Shown here piece after piece: positions 25,731 through 35,680 of a DNA stretch of 63,967 nucleotides. Each line of letters opens with the position of its first letter. Within the stretch, counting starts at the first letter, position 1. The notes below the pieces were generated by a model that was not told the DNA's origin, did not search any database, and saw only the letters and a program-made list of their open reading frames with translations. A program made the position numbers and the translations under genes. Source of the stretch: Patescibacteria group bacterium (lineage in GTDB: Bacteria > Patescibacteriota > Patescibacteriia > UBA9934); NCBI GenBank assembly GCA_041661425.1, contig JBAZUI010000005.1:1-63967 (forward strand), given 5' to 3'.

Positions 25731-27606
25731 ATTCCACCACGATTCCTTTTCCTTCGGCGTAAGAGTCCTCGGTCAAATCCGTTGTGAGACTCGAGGTTGT
25801 TGTTTGAAGAATAGTATTGGTGTTGGCATCCGTGCCCTTGAATGTGCTCTGGGAAAGGAGTTTTACAAAAGTCCCGATGTCCTCGCTTGTGGGGGTTGCG
25901 GAAATCATGAACGTTGCTTCTGCTTCGGGAGTCGTTACAGAAAGCTCAGTTATTTTCCATGTGATTTTTCTTGTTTCCTCATCGAAGTTTACTGTGCCGA
26001 GAGTTGCTGTTGTGACATCGTCCCAAGAAATATCCGGGGGAAGCGTTGTTTCAATCGTGATCATCTCAAGAGCGTGAAGGGAGTTGGAAAGCGCCCATCC
26101 CACCTGATAGGAGGTTTTTGATCCCACGACCGGAGGCAAGGGGCCTGATCCGACCGGGGTTCCGCTCTCATCAAAATAGCGAGCGTTTGCAGAAAAAGTC
26201 GCATTCGTTGTGAGAGAAACGGTGATAGGGGAAGAACGAATGGTCGTGCCGTTTATTTTTGCAGATGCCAAGAGAGTAAAAATATCGGACGTACTTTCAT
26301 CGATGGAATCTTTGAGCGGTAGGGTAATCGTAATCATGCGTTTTTCACCGGCGGCGATTCCCCCGATTGTTGCGCTGTCCCAAGAGATTCCTTGCGAGGT
26401 CATGAGACCGTCGGAAAGTGAAGCGCTCGCCCAATCGATTGGAAGATTCAAATCTGCTTCAGCGCTTACAAGAAGTGAAACCGCGGCAAGCGCATCATCG
26501 CTCTTGTTCTCAAGTGCGATCGGGACGCGTACTTCATCGCCGATTTGGCTGACCGCTTTTTCTGTGGAACCATTCGCGGCCATCGTGAGTGTCACGTCGG
26601 TTGTGAGGACATCGGTGTAGGCTTGCCCGTTGTGTTGAATAAGAGAAGCTGTCCCTGTAGAAACAAGTGTCGTGAAGTCGAAATATTGAAATCCGGAAAC
26701 ATCGGTCGCAAATGATCCGGTAAAGGCGATGATTTGTTCATCTCCAGGAAGCAAATTCTCGAATGTCCATACCGGAGAACTTCCGGCCGCAATTTCCGGG
26801 TCGCTCGATTCGAAATAAAATCCGTTTGGAATTTCAAGCTCAACCGTGGTTTGGCCGAACATTTTATCCGAGGCATTGGTGAGAACCATTTCATAGGACA
26901 CGTCCTCTCCGGGAGAGGTTTCTTCCGGCCCGGTCATGGTGGTTTCCATGACGCTTCCCGTGGTCGTGAGATAGACTGTTTCGATATCCTGAAAATCCGC
27001 ATTGAAATTTGATGGTCGATAATTGGCAAATGCCTGAATGGGAGTCGATGAAGGGACTTCCGCTAGCCAAAGCCCAGAAAGAACAATCGTTCCACTTTCG
27101 CCGGCAGAGAGGCTCCCGAGATCCCAAACTTTTTCCGCCTCCTCGGTTGGCATCGGATTCATTTCTTCCAGGAGAAAACCTTTTGGCAATCGCATCTCAA
27201 TCGAAAGAGTCGCAAGAGGAATGGTCGTTGGATTTTTGTAGTGAACCGTAACCGTGGTGGATGTTCCGCTCTCAATTTGTTCCGGAGTCTCAATCGTGAG
27301 CTCAAAACTTTCTTCTTTCTCGAATGAGAAAAAACGCATGTAAATAAAAAATCCAAGCCACGTTGTAATGGCAATCACGCCAAGCGTGGCAATAATCGTT
27401 AAAAGAATTCCGGTGAATCGGCTATTGGCACGTTCGAGTTTCGTGAAATCAATTTTTTCTTTTTCATCACCATAAATCGCTTCGAGCCCTTCATGCATTT
27501 GGACTTCGGATTTTTCTTGAGGAGTTTTTGGAGCTTTCTCTTCTTCCTTCTTCTCTGCTTCTGGTTTTTTTTCCTCGGCATTTTCTTTCATGTGCTTAGA
27601 AGCCAT
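25729..27606 (-). CDS. Membrane-anchored protein with repeated beta-sandwich (DUF11/CARDB-like) domains
   Basis: K/E-rich N-terminus, one TM helix (ILLTIIATLGVIAITTWLGFFIY), then repetitive T/S-rich domains. Start uncertain (27606, 27591 or TTG 27624). Confidence 0.65.
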   Translation of the reverse strand: MASKHMKENAEEKKPEAEKKEEEKAPKTPQEKSEVQMHEGLEAIYGDEKEKIDFTKLERANSRFTGILLTIIATLGVIAITTWLGFFIYMRFFSFEKEESFELTIETPEQIESGTSTTVTVHYKNPTTIPLATLSIEMRLPKGFLLEEMNPMPTEEAEKVWDLGSLSAGESGTIVLSGLWLAEVPSSTPIQAFANYRPSNFNADFQDIETVYLTTTGSVMETTMTGPEETSPGEDVSYEMVLTNASDKMFGQTTVELEIPNGFYFESSDPEIAAGSSPVWTFENLLPGDEQIIAFTGSFATDVSGFQYFDFTTLVSTGTASLIQHNGQAYTDVLTTDVTLTMAANGSTEKAVSQIGDEVRVPIALENKSDDALAAVSLLVSAEADLNLPIDWASASLSDGLMTSQGISWDSATIGGIAAGEKRMITITLPLKDSIDESTSDIFTLLASAKINGTTIRSSPITVSLTTNATFSANARYFDESGTPVGSGPLPPVVGSKTSYQVGWALSNSLHALEMITIETTLPPDISWDDVTTATLGTVNFDEETRKITWKITELSVTTPEAEATFMISATPTSEDIGTFVKLLSQSTFKGTDANTNTILQTTTSSLTTDLTEDSYAEGKGIVVE

Positions 27607-30181
27607 AGGGGAGTTGCTGTTCAAAAAGGATATCTAACCGTTTAGACGATTGATTGTCAAATTGATACGCGCGACCGGTCGTTTCCTTAGATTCCCAAAC
27701 CGAGGTGAGAGAATTTGGGGCATGGATGACGACATTGGTTACCCGATCAAGAACACCGGATTGTTTTTGGACCGTTAAGGAATAATTCGAATACGTATTG
27801 AATCCGATTTTCTCTTTTGCCATTTCAAAGAAGGTTGGTGTCGCGGATGGAGTCGAGAGACGGATGGGAAGGCGATAAGTGAACGTGACGGTTTGCGTTT
27901 CCCCGGGGGCCGTTTGCATCCAGTTTCCAAAAACCGTGAATCCATTTTCTTCCCAAATGTCTGTTTGACTCTCTTTTTCCTTTCGAGCATTGAGCATAAG
28001 GGATCGCAAATCTTCATCGATGGTGAGGGGGAGATCAGATGTTTCGAAAAGCGAATCGTCAGGGATGTTAAATCCGGAAGCGCTTAAAAGTTCTGCTCCG
28101 CGCGGCACATAGATTCGGAGATAGTCCACGTTATTGAGGCCTTCAAAAAGGGCGGATTTTAAACCTTCATGTGTTTTTGTGATGGTGACGGTATTCGTGA
28201 TTGATCCATCGTCTCCAATATCGACCGAAAGATCGATATTTTGAGAAATCACCCCATCGGTTTTTCCACCGCCAAGATTCGTATCCACGACTTCAAGATA
28301 ATCTCCTCCAGAATGGGTTTGCGCTCCGGCCCAGCCAAGGGCAAGAACTTGCGATTCAAGAGAATTTTCTGAGAAATACAATTGTATTTCCTGTTGGTTG
28401 AGTGCATTTGCAACAATGCTTGTGACCGCAAGTAATTCTTCAAAATCGGCATTTTGCATGTGTATAAGAATGGCATCTGCTAAATCTCCGATAAATTGTT
28501 TTGGAGCTTCAACAGTACGCGTTTCATCGGCAACGGCAAAATTGACATAATCATCTTCCACGATTTTTTGTGTTTCAAAAAGAACGTTTTCACTGTCGAT
28601 GGTTTTTCCATAGGCGGGAAGTTCAATCGGGCCTGTGATTTTCAGGATTTGAGGAAGGATGGAAGCATTCAAAGAAATGACCCCATCAACGGTTGGTCCG
28701 CCCGAACGATCGTAGAACCAAAGAATTTTTTTGGCGCTCGTTGGATAATCCGGGAACCAATTGGCATCCTGAAATTCCCATCGTGGATCGAGTAATTGCA
28801 ACGGCTCTGGGGCGCTCACATAAGCGGAAAGCTGTCCTTGAACATCATAGGATCCTCCTTCCGGAATCCGGATATTCACGAGCGCGCCGTCAAGAAGATC
28901 AATCTCCGCGAAGCTCCCCATAAATCCACCGGTGGCGCGAAGCTCGGTGTTGTTTTGAAAGATGAAGAGATAACGCATTTTTTGCTCCTGTCCAAGAATG
29001 GTATTGAGCGTATCGGCATAGGAAAGGAATTCCTCGATCGATGCGCGAAGCGTTGGGAGCGTTTTGGAGAGAAGTGCGAATTCATCTTGATAATCCGTAG
29101 GAATAATATCGGAATCCACGTGTGAAAAATTTTCTTCCGCTTGCTCGACAAGCGGTAAAACTTCCGTGAAATAATTTTTTAATACATCGATTTTTGTGAC
29201 AAGCGTTGGCGAAGATTGTGAAGAAAGCGTATCGGCCGCGTCGGCAAGAAGCGAGGCGGCGGCGGAGAGATTCGTGCCCGCATCCGTCAGAGCTCGCGCA
29301 CTTCCAATCATGTGAGAGGTGCTGGGAAGGACGGCGGCCGCGGTGCTGACAAGAAGATTCACGGAAGCGAGTGAGCTTTGAGCTTCGGAGAATTGTTGTG
29401 AAGCTTTTTCAAAATTCGTGGTCGCAACGTCAAAATTTTGCGTAGAAAGCGCCGAGGCGCCACGCATCAGATTATCAATGGCAAGTCGACCGATATCGGT
29501 GACGTCTTCGCGAGTTTCTTGCGTGCTTGCAAATCCATAGACGGCCTGAAGTGGAGCAATACAGACGACGGCAAGTAAGGCGAAAATAACAACGGCTCGA
29601 TAGCGCAGAGGCGTACGGGCAAAACGTTTTTTGCTATGGGTATAGTGCGAAAGTGTTGCGCAAACATCATCGAAGAACGAGTGTTCATCCTCGGAAAAGA
29701 GCGTGAGCGGATCCTCTTCGGCGACTGTTTTTTGAAGGGCGAGTGCAAGAGAATTTCCAGGCGTGTGAGAGGGGTGAGCCACCGGGCGATTCGGCGAGGT
29801 GCTTGTCGAAACTTGGAGGAGAACGTCGGGAACTTTGTATTGAATCTGCAATTCAAATTCTTGCAATTGAGCTTTCACGTCATCGAGATCCACTTCCAAA
29901 TCATCAGAGTGCTTTCTTTCTTCATCTTCGAGAAGGAGCTCTGGATCGAGATCAAGATCTTCGAGAAGTTGATGATCGGCAACTGCATCGGATTCGGGTG
30001 CGTGTTCTCGGGAAAGTCGAATAATGTAGGGAGAAAGCGGGAGCGTTTTTCCGTGGTGAATGGAAGGTGATCGAGGAACCGCGTGTGTCTGTCGCAAAGA
30101 AAGAGGCACGGCATCATCAAAAAGATCCTCGGTGTGATGAGAGAGATTAGATTCGGAACGATGATTGTTTTTCTGAATCAT
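27596..30181 (-). CDS. DUF4012-domain envelope protein
   Basis: FIFQNNTELRATGGFMGSF and DANWFPDYPTSA motifs with one N-terminal TM helix. ATG 30181 sits just after the upstream stop. Confidence 0.75.
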   Translation of the reverse strand: MIQKNNHRSESNLSHHTEDLFDDAVPLSLRQTHAVPRSPSIHHGKTLPLSPYIIRLSREHAPESDAVADHQLLEDLDLDPELLLEDEERKHSDDLEVDLDDVKAQLQEFELQIQYKVPDVLLQVSTSTSPNRPVAHPSHTPGNSLALALQKTVAEEDPLTLFSEDEHSFFDDVCATLSHYTHSKKRFARTPLRYRAVVIFALLAVVCIAPLQAVYGFASTQETREDVTDIGRLAIDNLMRGASALSTQNFDVATTNFEKASQQFSEAQSSLASVNLLVSTAAAVLPSTSHMIGSARALTDAGTNLSAAASLLADAADTLSSQSSPTLVTKIDVLKNYFTEVLPLVEQAEENFSHVDSDIIPTDYQDEFALLSKTLPTLRASIEEFLSYADTLNTILGQEQKMRYLFIFQNNTELRATGGFMGSFAEIDLLDGALVNIRIPEGGSYDVQGQLSAYVSAPEPLQLLDPRWEFQDANWFPDYPTSAKKILWFYDRSGGPTVDGVISLNASILPQILKITGPIELPAYGKTIDSENVLFETQKIVEDDYVNFAVADETRTVEAPKQFIGDLADAILIHMQNADFEELLAVTSIVANALNQQEIQLYFSENSLESQVLALGWAGAQTHSGGDYLEVVDTNLGGGKTDGVISQNIDLSVDIGDDGSITNTVTITKTHEGLKSALFEGLNNVDYLRIYVPRGAELLSASGFNIPDDSLFETSDLPLTIDEDLRSLMLNARKEKESQTDIWEENGFTVFGNWMQTAPGETQTVTFTYRLPIRLSTPSATPTFFEMAKEKIGFNTYSNYSLTVQKQSGVLDRVTNVVIHAPNSLTSVWESKETTGRAYQFDNQSSKRLDILFEQQLPYGF

Positions 30182-30182
30182 G

Positions 30183-31322
30183 TTAGAGATAGAAGAATCG
30201 TTCGTAAACATCGAGAATTTTTTTTGCCGTTTCTTCCCAGGTAAATAATTTTGCACGGCGAAATCCTCGTTCGACGAGCGGGGTGAAATAGGTTGGCTCC
30301 TTCACGGATTTTTGCATGAGCTCGGAAAGAGTTTCAATATCATCTGGGTGAAAGTAGGCCGCGGCATTTCCGCAGACTTCCGGAAGAGAAGAAGCGCTCG
30401 AACAAGCAACCGGCACTCCATGGCTCATGGCCTCAAGCGGGGGAATGCCGAATCCTTCAAGTCGTGACGGGAAGATGAAAAGGGCGGCGTGCTCGTAGAG
30501 AGTGGCAATTTCTTCATCGGTTGGAAGATCAACAAAGCGTAATCGATGTTTGGGAATTCCAATTTCCTCTGCTTCTTTCTCGAGGGCTTGTGAAAATGGA
30601 TCGCGTCTTCCGGCAATCACGAGTTGTGTTTGGTGGTCGTGTTCTGTGAATTGTCGGAACGCATGCATCATCATCTCGGGATTTTTATGCGGATACGCGT
30701 TCCCCACGTAGAGAAAATACGGCTCGTACACCCCAAGTTGTGTGAGGCTGACGGTTCGTGGTCGCTCCGGTGGAAGGACTCCATTTGGGATAACCGTGAT
30801 TTTTTCCGGACGAACACGAAAATGCTTGAGAATCGACGCACGAGAATATTTTGAAATCGTAAGAATGTGACGACTCTTTTTGACCGCGTGTTCGAGCACT
30901 GTTCGGAATGCCGCGTATTTTATTCCGTGAATCAACGGTCCTTTGGTTGTGGAATGAGCGGATTCCGGATCCTCCAAGAGGATCAAATCATGAATCGTAA
31001 CAAGAAAAGGAATTTTGGAGAAAAGCGGGACATTCCAGTGCGGGAAGTGCATGAAATCGACTCGCGCATGACGAATCTCGCGAGGAAGCTCGGTTTGTTC
31101 TTTCCAGGAATACCACGGGATGTTAACGAGCTGTTTGTAGAATCGCGGATTGCGAATGCGACATTCATGAAAATTCTCTTTTCGAAGGAATAAAATGTAC
31201 TCATTTCGGTGGTCGATCATTTGGAGGTGCGTTACTAACTCCGCGACATAGCGGCCAATTCCACCCCCACCTGATCTCGGACCAAAAAATCGTGCATCAA
31301 TACCGATTTTCATGTCTTTCAT
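30183..31322 (-). CDS. Glycosyltransferase family 4
   Basis: EGFGIPPLEAMSHGVPV (E-x7-E region). Confidence 0.85.
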   Translation of the reverse strand: MKDMKIGIDARFFGPRSGGGGIGRYVAELVTHLQMIDHRNEYILFLRKENFHECRIRNPRFYKQLVNIPWYSWKEQTELPREIRHARVDFMHFPHWNVPLFSKIPFLVTIHDLILLEDPESAHSTTKGPLIHGIKYAAFRTVLEHAVKKSRHILTISKYSRASILKHFRVRPEKITVIPNGVLPPERPRTVSLTQLGVYEPYFLYVGNAYPHKNPEMMMHAFRQFTEHDHQTQLVIAGRRDPFSQALEKEAEEIGIPKHRLRFVDLPTDEEIATLYEHAALFIFPSRLEGFGIPPLEAMSHGVPVACSSASSLPEVCGNAAAYFHPDDIETLSELMQKSVKEPTYFTPLVERGFRRAKLFTWEETAKKILDVYERFFYL

Positions 31323-31406
31323 TTTATCATGAAATCAACATTTCGGATGCGAAGTTGTACACAAATAAAAAAGAGATATCTTTAGCAATATTGGCCAAAA
31401 ATAACT

Positions 31407-32540
31407 CTAGATTTTTGCAGCCTTGCGAAGAATCGTGAGTGTTGCCTCTGCCGTGGATTTCCAGGAAAAAGAATGGGCGATCTGGGGTCCTTTTTTTCGA
31501 AGCGCATTTTGAAGCAATGGATCGGTCGAAACAAGACGCATGGCTTCTGCGATATCTGAAACGAGATAAGGATCAACGTAAATCGCCGCGTCTTTTGCAA
31601 CTTCTGGAATGGAGCTGACCGGGCTGGTAATAACCGGGGTGCCTGAGGCCAAGGCTTCAAGCACCGGAAGACCAAACCCTTCGTAAAACGAGGGGAAAAG
31701 AAAGGCTTCGGCATGACGGTAAAATGCGGAACGTTCCTGATCGCGAAGATAGCCAAGGACATGAATTTGTTTTTGATGCGGGGAATGGCGGACTCGATCA
31801 AGAAATGATTTTGTTCTCCACCCAGAACCTCCGGCGAAGACGAGGTCAATTTTTCTTTTCGATTCTGCGCAAAAGAGTTCGTATGCTTCAAGAATTCCGA
31901 GGATATTTTTTCGAGGCTCGAGCGTTGCGAGTGAAAGAAAATACGGTTTTTCAATTTTGTAGTTTCGAAGATAAGACTCATCCGATGGTTTGACAGTGGG
32001 TTGATATTGTTTTTCGTATCCCAAGGGAATGGCGCTCATGTGTTCCTTGGGAATAGAAAAAATCGATGAAAGATCATGGGCAGTACTCTCGGAAACGGTA
32101 ATGAGATGGGCGGCATTTTTGAGAAGGGTCTCAAAATGCGTGAGCGCATACCAGAGTCGAGATTTATAGGAAAAAAATTCAGGAAAGATACGAAAACTCA
32201 CATCATGAACTGTGAGCACGTAGGGAAGCCTGGTGCGGATGATGTTTTGATTTGGAAAAAACCAGATGTCAGGTTTTCTTGTACAAAAGTCCTCGAGATT
32301 TTTTCCCAGAAGAATTTTGGCATTGACCAGTTTATTTGGGAGAAGATGAGTGCAGAGAGAGACATTTTTTTCAGGAAAATAGGGGAGGCGTTTGAGGGCC
32401 ATTTTTCTTCCAGACGCAAAAAGAACCCATTGCGTCGTTGGGTCAAGCAAAAAGAGTTCATGAAGAAGTTCGAGCGTATAGCGTGGAACGCCCGTGATCG
32501 TTGGAGCGCAAAGATGACGGATATCAACACCAATAATCAT
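31407..32540 (-). CDS. Glycosyltransferase family 4
   Basis: FPSFYEGFGLPVLEALASGTPVI. Confidence 0.85.
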   Translation of the reverse strand: MIIGVDIRHLCAPTITGVPRYTLELLHELFLLDPTTQWVLFASGRKMALKRLPYFPEKNVSLCTHLLPNKLVNAKILLGKNLEDFCTRKPDIWFFPNQNIIRTRLPYVLTVHDVSFRIFPEFFSYKSRLWYALTHFETLLKNAAHLITVSESTAHDLSSIFSIPKEHMSAIPLGYEKQYQPTVKPSDESYLRNYKIEKPYFLSLATLEPRKNILGILEAYELFCAESKRKIDLVFAGGSGWRTKSFLDRVRHSPHQKQIHVLGYLRDQERSAFYRHAEAFLFPSFYEGFGLPVLEALASGTPVITSPVSSIPEVAKDAAIYVDPYLVSDIAEAMRLVSTDPLLQNALRKKGPQIAHSFSWKSTAEATLTILRKAAKI

Positions 32541-33646
32541 GCAATGGGTTTATCCGCATGAGAACGACAAGTTTTTGCGACGAAACTCGTGAATCGTTCT
32601 CGAAAAGCGGCCAAGGAAAAATGTTCCGCGTGTTGTCGAATGACTTCCGGATTGAATAGTGTTTCATCAAAATGAAGGATCGTATCGGCCAACTCTTCCC
32701 AGGATTGTTCATCGAAAAATGTACCGGTGACTCCTTCGACAACCGTTTCGGTGGCTCCACCCCGGCGAAGGGCAATCACCGGTCGGCCAGCGGCCATGGA
32801 TTCAATGGGGGTGATGCCGAAATCTTCCTCGTGAGGATGGAGAAATGCTTTGGCTCCTTGAAATAAAGAGATGCGTTCTTCATCGGAAACACGACCAAGA
32901 AATTGAATGTTTTTTCCCGCCCGTTTTCGGAGTAACTGTTCCATGGGGCCAGAACCAAAAATTTTGAGAGGCACGCCAAGGCGATTGAATGCCTCGACAA
33001 TCATGTCAAAACGCTTGTAGGGAACAAGACGTCCGCCGGCTAAAAAATAGTCTTTTGGTCCTGGGGTGATGGAAAATTTATGGGTGTCGACTGGAGGAAA
33101 GATCACGGTGCTATCAGCATGATAATATTTTTTTATACGTGTTTTTACGGTTTCGGAATTCGCAATAAAATGGTCAACGCGATCGGCAGAGAGACGATCC
33201 CAGGATCGAAGGTAGCTGAGGAGGGGAGGAAGAAGCATTTTTACTGGTCCAGGAACCGAAAGTTCACTCACATAGCTATGCGTATCAGACCAAAGATATC
33301 GGGTCGGAGTATGGCAATAGCAAATATGGATCGCGTTTGGACGTGTGATAATTCCTTTTGAAAAGGCACTCGAGCTTGAAATGATGAGGTCGTATTCGGA
33401 AAGATCATACATCTCGGTTGCGGTCGGCATGAGGGGGAGGGTCCAGCGGAGATGCTTCATGGCCCCGGGAAATTTTTGTAAAAATGATGAGCGAATATCC
33501 CGATGGATAAAACGATCGCCCATGGCTTCCTGATCGTAGAACAAGACAAAAGTTGGCGCCTCGGGATAGAGGGCCTGGAGCGCTTCAAGGACTCGCTCCG
33601 CGCCACCGTATTGACAGAGATAATCATGCACTAAGGCCACTTTCAT
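32537..33646 (-). CDS. Glycosyltransferase family 4
   Basis: MKVALVHDYL..GGAERV N-terminus and EDFGITPIESMAAGRPVI. Confidence 0.85.
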   Translation of the reverse strand: MKVALVHDYLCQYGGAERVLEALQALYPEAPTFVLFYDQEAMGDRFIHRDIRSSFLQKFPGAMKHLRWTLPLMPTATEMYDLSEYDLIISSSSAFSKGIITRPNAIHICYCHTPTRYLWSDTHSYVSELSVPGPVKMLLPPLLSYLRSWDRLSADRVDHFIANSETVKTRIKKYYHADSTVIFPPVDTHKFSITPGPKDYFLAGGRLVPYKRFDMIVEAFNRLGVPLKIFGSGPMEQLLRKRAGKNIQFLGRVSDEERISLFQGAKAFLHPHEEDFGITPIESMAAGRPVIALRRGGATETVVEGVTGTFFDEQSWEELADTILHFDETLFNPEVIRQHAEHFSLAAFRERFTSFVAKTCRSHADKPIA

Positions 33647-33689
33647 AGCGCATTGACCTTAGCAAATACAGGCGCTTTGTCAAACGATT

Positions 33690-35087
33690 TTAATACGCTC
33701 CAGTTCGGAAAAAGACGGCGAGTGGAGTTTTTACAAGAACAACCAAATCCATCCATGGGCTCCAATTTTCAATATAATACATATCAAGGCGCACCTCATC
33801 GTTGAAATCAAGATTTGCACGGCCACTGATTTGCGCGATGCCGGTGATGCCGGGTTTGATCGTGAGGACCCGGCGTTGGGCTGGTTTATAATTTGCGACC
33901 TCTTCGGGTAAATGTGGCCGAGGTCCAATAATACTCATGCGACCAAAGAAAACAAGATAGAATTCCGGGATCTCATCGAGACTCAATTTTCGGAGAATGC
34001 GTCCAACCGGAGTGACGCGCGGATCGTCCTTCAGTTTAAAAAGCGGACCCTTGCGTTCGTTTCCAAATTTTTTTATGAAGGCGGGATCGGACCGAAGGGC
34101 GACAGCATTCTTTACCATGGAGCGGAACTTGAAATATTGAAATGGTTTTTCATTTTGTCCCATGCGTTTTTGATGAAAGAGAATACCGCCTTGGCGTTCA
34201 ATAAGAAGGGCCGCGGCAACGATCACTTGGATGGGGAGAGAAAAAACAATCAAGAAAAAAGAAACAACAATGTCAAAAAGGCGTTTATAGATCGCGCCCC
34301 ACCCATCAAGGGGGGTTTTCGGGATCTCGATGACTGGAATACCAGCGAATGTATGGATGATTGGTTGCACGGCGCTTCCGGGGAAAAGCTCAGCGGAATA
34401 GAGAAAGGTCAGATGCTCAATGTCCGCGAATGATTTGATGTCTTCAAGCTGTTCGTGGTTGATGTGCGGATCAGCCAGGCAGAGAATGTCCGCCTTATTT
34501 TTTTTTCGAAGTTCAAGGATTCTTTGTTTTGTCTCCTCGGAAAAAGATCCGAATTGTTGAGAGACATGGAATCCAAGGCGGGGAAAACGCGTAAAGAATT
34601 CGCGGAGTTCGTGACCGGATTTTGTCTTGCCAAGAATCACGACATATTTTGCACCAATCCCTTTGCTGTAGAGCGTGCGCTGAATCATACGAATCGTGAG
34701 GCGCTCGATAATCAAAAAGAGTGAAGCGACCGCCCAGATTGCCAAGAGAATAAAACGCGATTCAAAGAGCTCGCGCGAAAAGAAAGCAATGCCAAGCACC
34801 ACGGCAATACCGGCGGAAACAGCAACAATAATTCGAGTCGCCTCAGTTGCGAGTCGACGCGTTTTAATGGCGTAAAGACCGGAAAGAGCAAAAATGACAA
34901 TCCAGACAATGGCGAGCGGTACAATGGTTTGAAGATATCCGGCAAGCGTGAGATCGAATGTTACGGGGCGAATATTTGTAAACATCGGGATAAAACGGAG
35001 ACTAAACGCCGCAATTGCCGCGAGGATGAGAGTCAGATAATCCAATGGAACAAGCGCGGCCGTAAAAAATAAATCAATGCGTTTCAT
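33690..35087 (-). CDS. Polyprenyl-phosphate glycosyl-1-phosphate transferase (bacterial sugar transferase, WbaP/WcaJ-like)
   Basis: Multi-TM N-terminus, with C-terminal KFRSM...GPRP and PGITGxAQ motifs. Confidence 0.85.
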   Translation of the reverse strand: MKRIDLFFTAALVPLDYLTLILAAIAAFSLRFIPMFTNIRPVTFDLTLAGYLQTIVPLAIVWIVIFALSGLYAIKTRRLATEATRIIVAVSAGIAVVLGIAFFSRELFESRFILLAIWAVASLFLIIERLTIRMIQRTLYSKGIGAKYVVILGKTKSGHELREFFTRFPRLGFHVSQQFGSFSEETKQRILELRKKNKADILCLADPHINHEQLEDIKSFADIEHLTFLYSAELFPGSAVQPIIHTFAGIPVIEIPKTPLDGWGAIYKRLFDIVVSFFLIVFSLPIQVIVAAALLIERQGGILFHQKRMGQNEKPFQYFKFRSMVKNAVALRSDPAFIKKFGNERKGPLFKLKDDPRVTPVGRILRKLSLDEIPEFYLVFFGRMSIIGPRPHLPEEVANYKPAQRRVLTIKPGITGIAQISGRANLDFNDEVRLDMYYIENWSPWMDLVVLVKTPLAVFFRTGAY

Positions 35088-35104
35088 ACAAAATCTATTA
35101 TAAC

Positions 35105-35128
35105 AAAAAATCCCGCTTTTCAGCGAGG
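35105..35128 (-). terminator. Terminator after rnpB
   Basis: Minus strand reads CTCGC-TGAAAA-GCGGG followed by ATTTTTT. Confidence 0.6.
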
Positions 35129-35134
35129 TTTTTT

Positions 35135-35645
35135 GTATTCAGGAAATGCGTAAGCCGAATTCTGTTCCAAATGCCGAAGCATTGGGGCGGTCATCTCTCT
35201 AGGGCGTCTCTTGCGAGACGTCTCATGCGAGCTACCTAATTTGCTCTTGCACCAAGGCAGGTTTGCCACCGCTCCATGTCGCCATGGAGGGAGACTGGTG
35301 GCTCCCGTCAGGGAACCTCCAATCACTTTTCACCTTTTGTTCTACGCAGTGGAACAATCCTGAGTACCGAGCTTGTCGAGGTATCGAAGGGTCACGTTGC
35401 ACCTCTCGACTCGCTTTGCTCGCTCGGGATCGTTTTACTGCGTAAAACTAGTATTGTCTCTGTGGCGCTATCTCTGGGTTTCGGGAAGGGACCGAGGAAC
35501 GGATAAATCCAGTTCCTTGAACTCTTCCTATGTCCCGGTTGCCGTTAGCAACGCCTTTTGATTTTCGATCTTGCGATCGAAAAGGTGTTCGGACTTTCCT
35601 CTTGGGATCCGAAGATTCCAAGTAACCACCACCATTTCCTGAATG
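35135..35645 (-). ncRNA. rnpB: RNase P RNA, bacterial type A, unusually long (~510 nt)
   Basis: On the minus strand: GAGGAAAGTCCGAACAC (P4 5'), GGTGCAAGAGCAAATTAGG, CTAGAGAGATGACCGCCC, and ACAGAATTCGGCTTAC (P4 3'). P1 pairs ATTCAGGAAATG with CATTTCCTGAAT. Confidence 0.9.
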
Positions 35646-35650
35646 CCGAA

Positions 35651-35679
35651 ATAATAGCAGAAAACAGCTGAATTGTCAA
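35651..35679 (-). promoter_or_regulatory. Sigma70-type promoter for rnpB
   Basis: Minus strand reads TTGACA-17 nt-TATTAT. The predicted start falls ~7 nt downstream, at the P1 5' end. Confidence 0.65.
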
Positions 35680-35680
35680 T

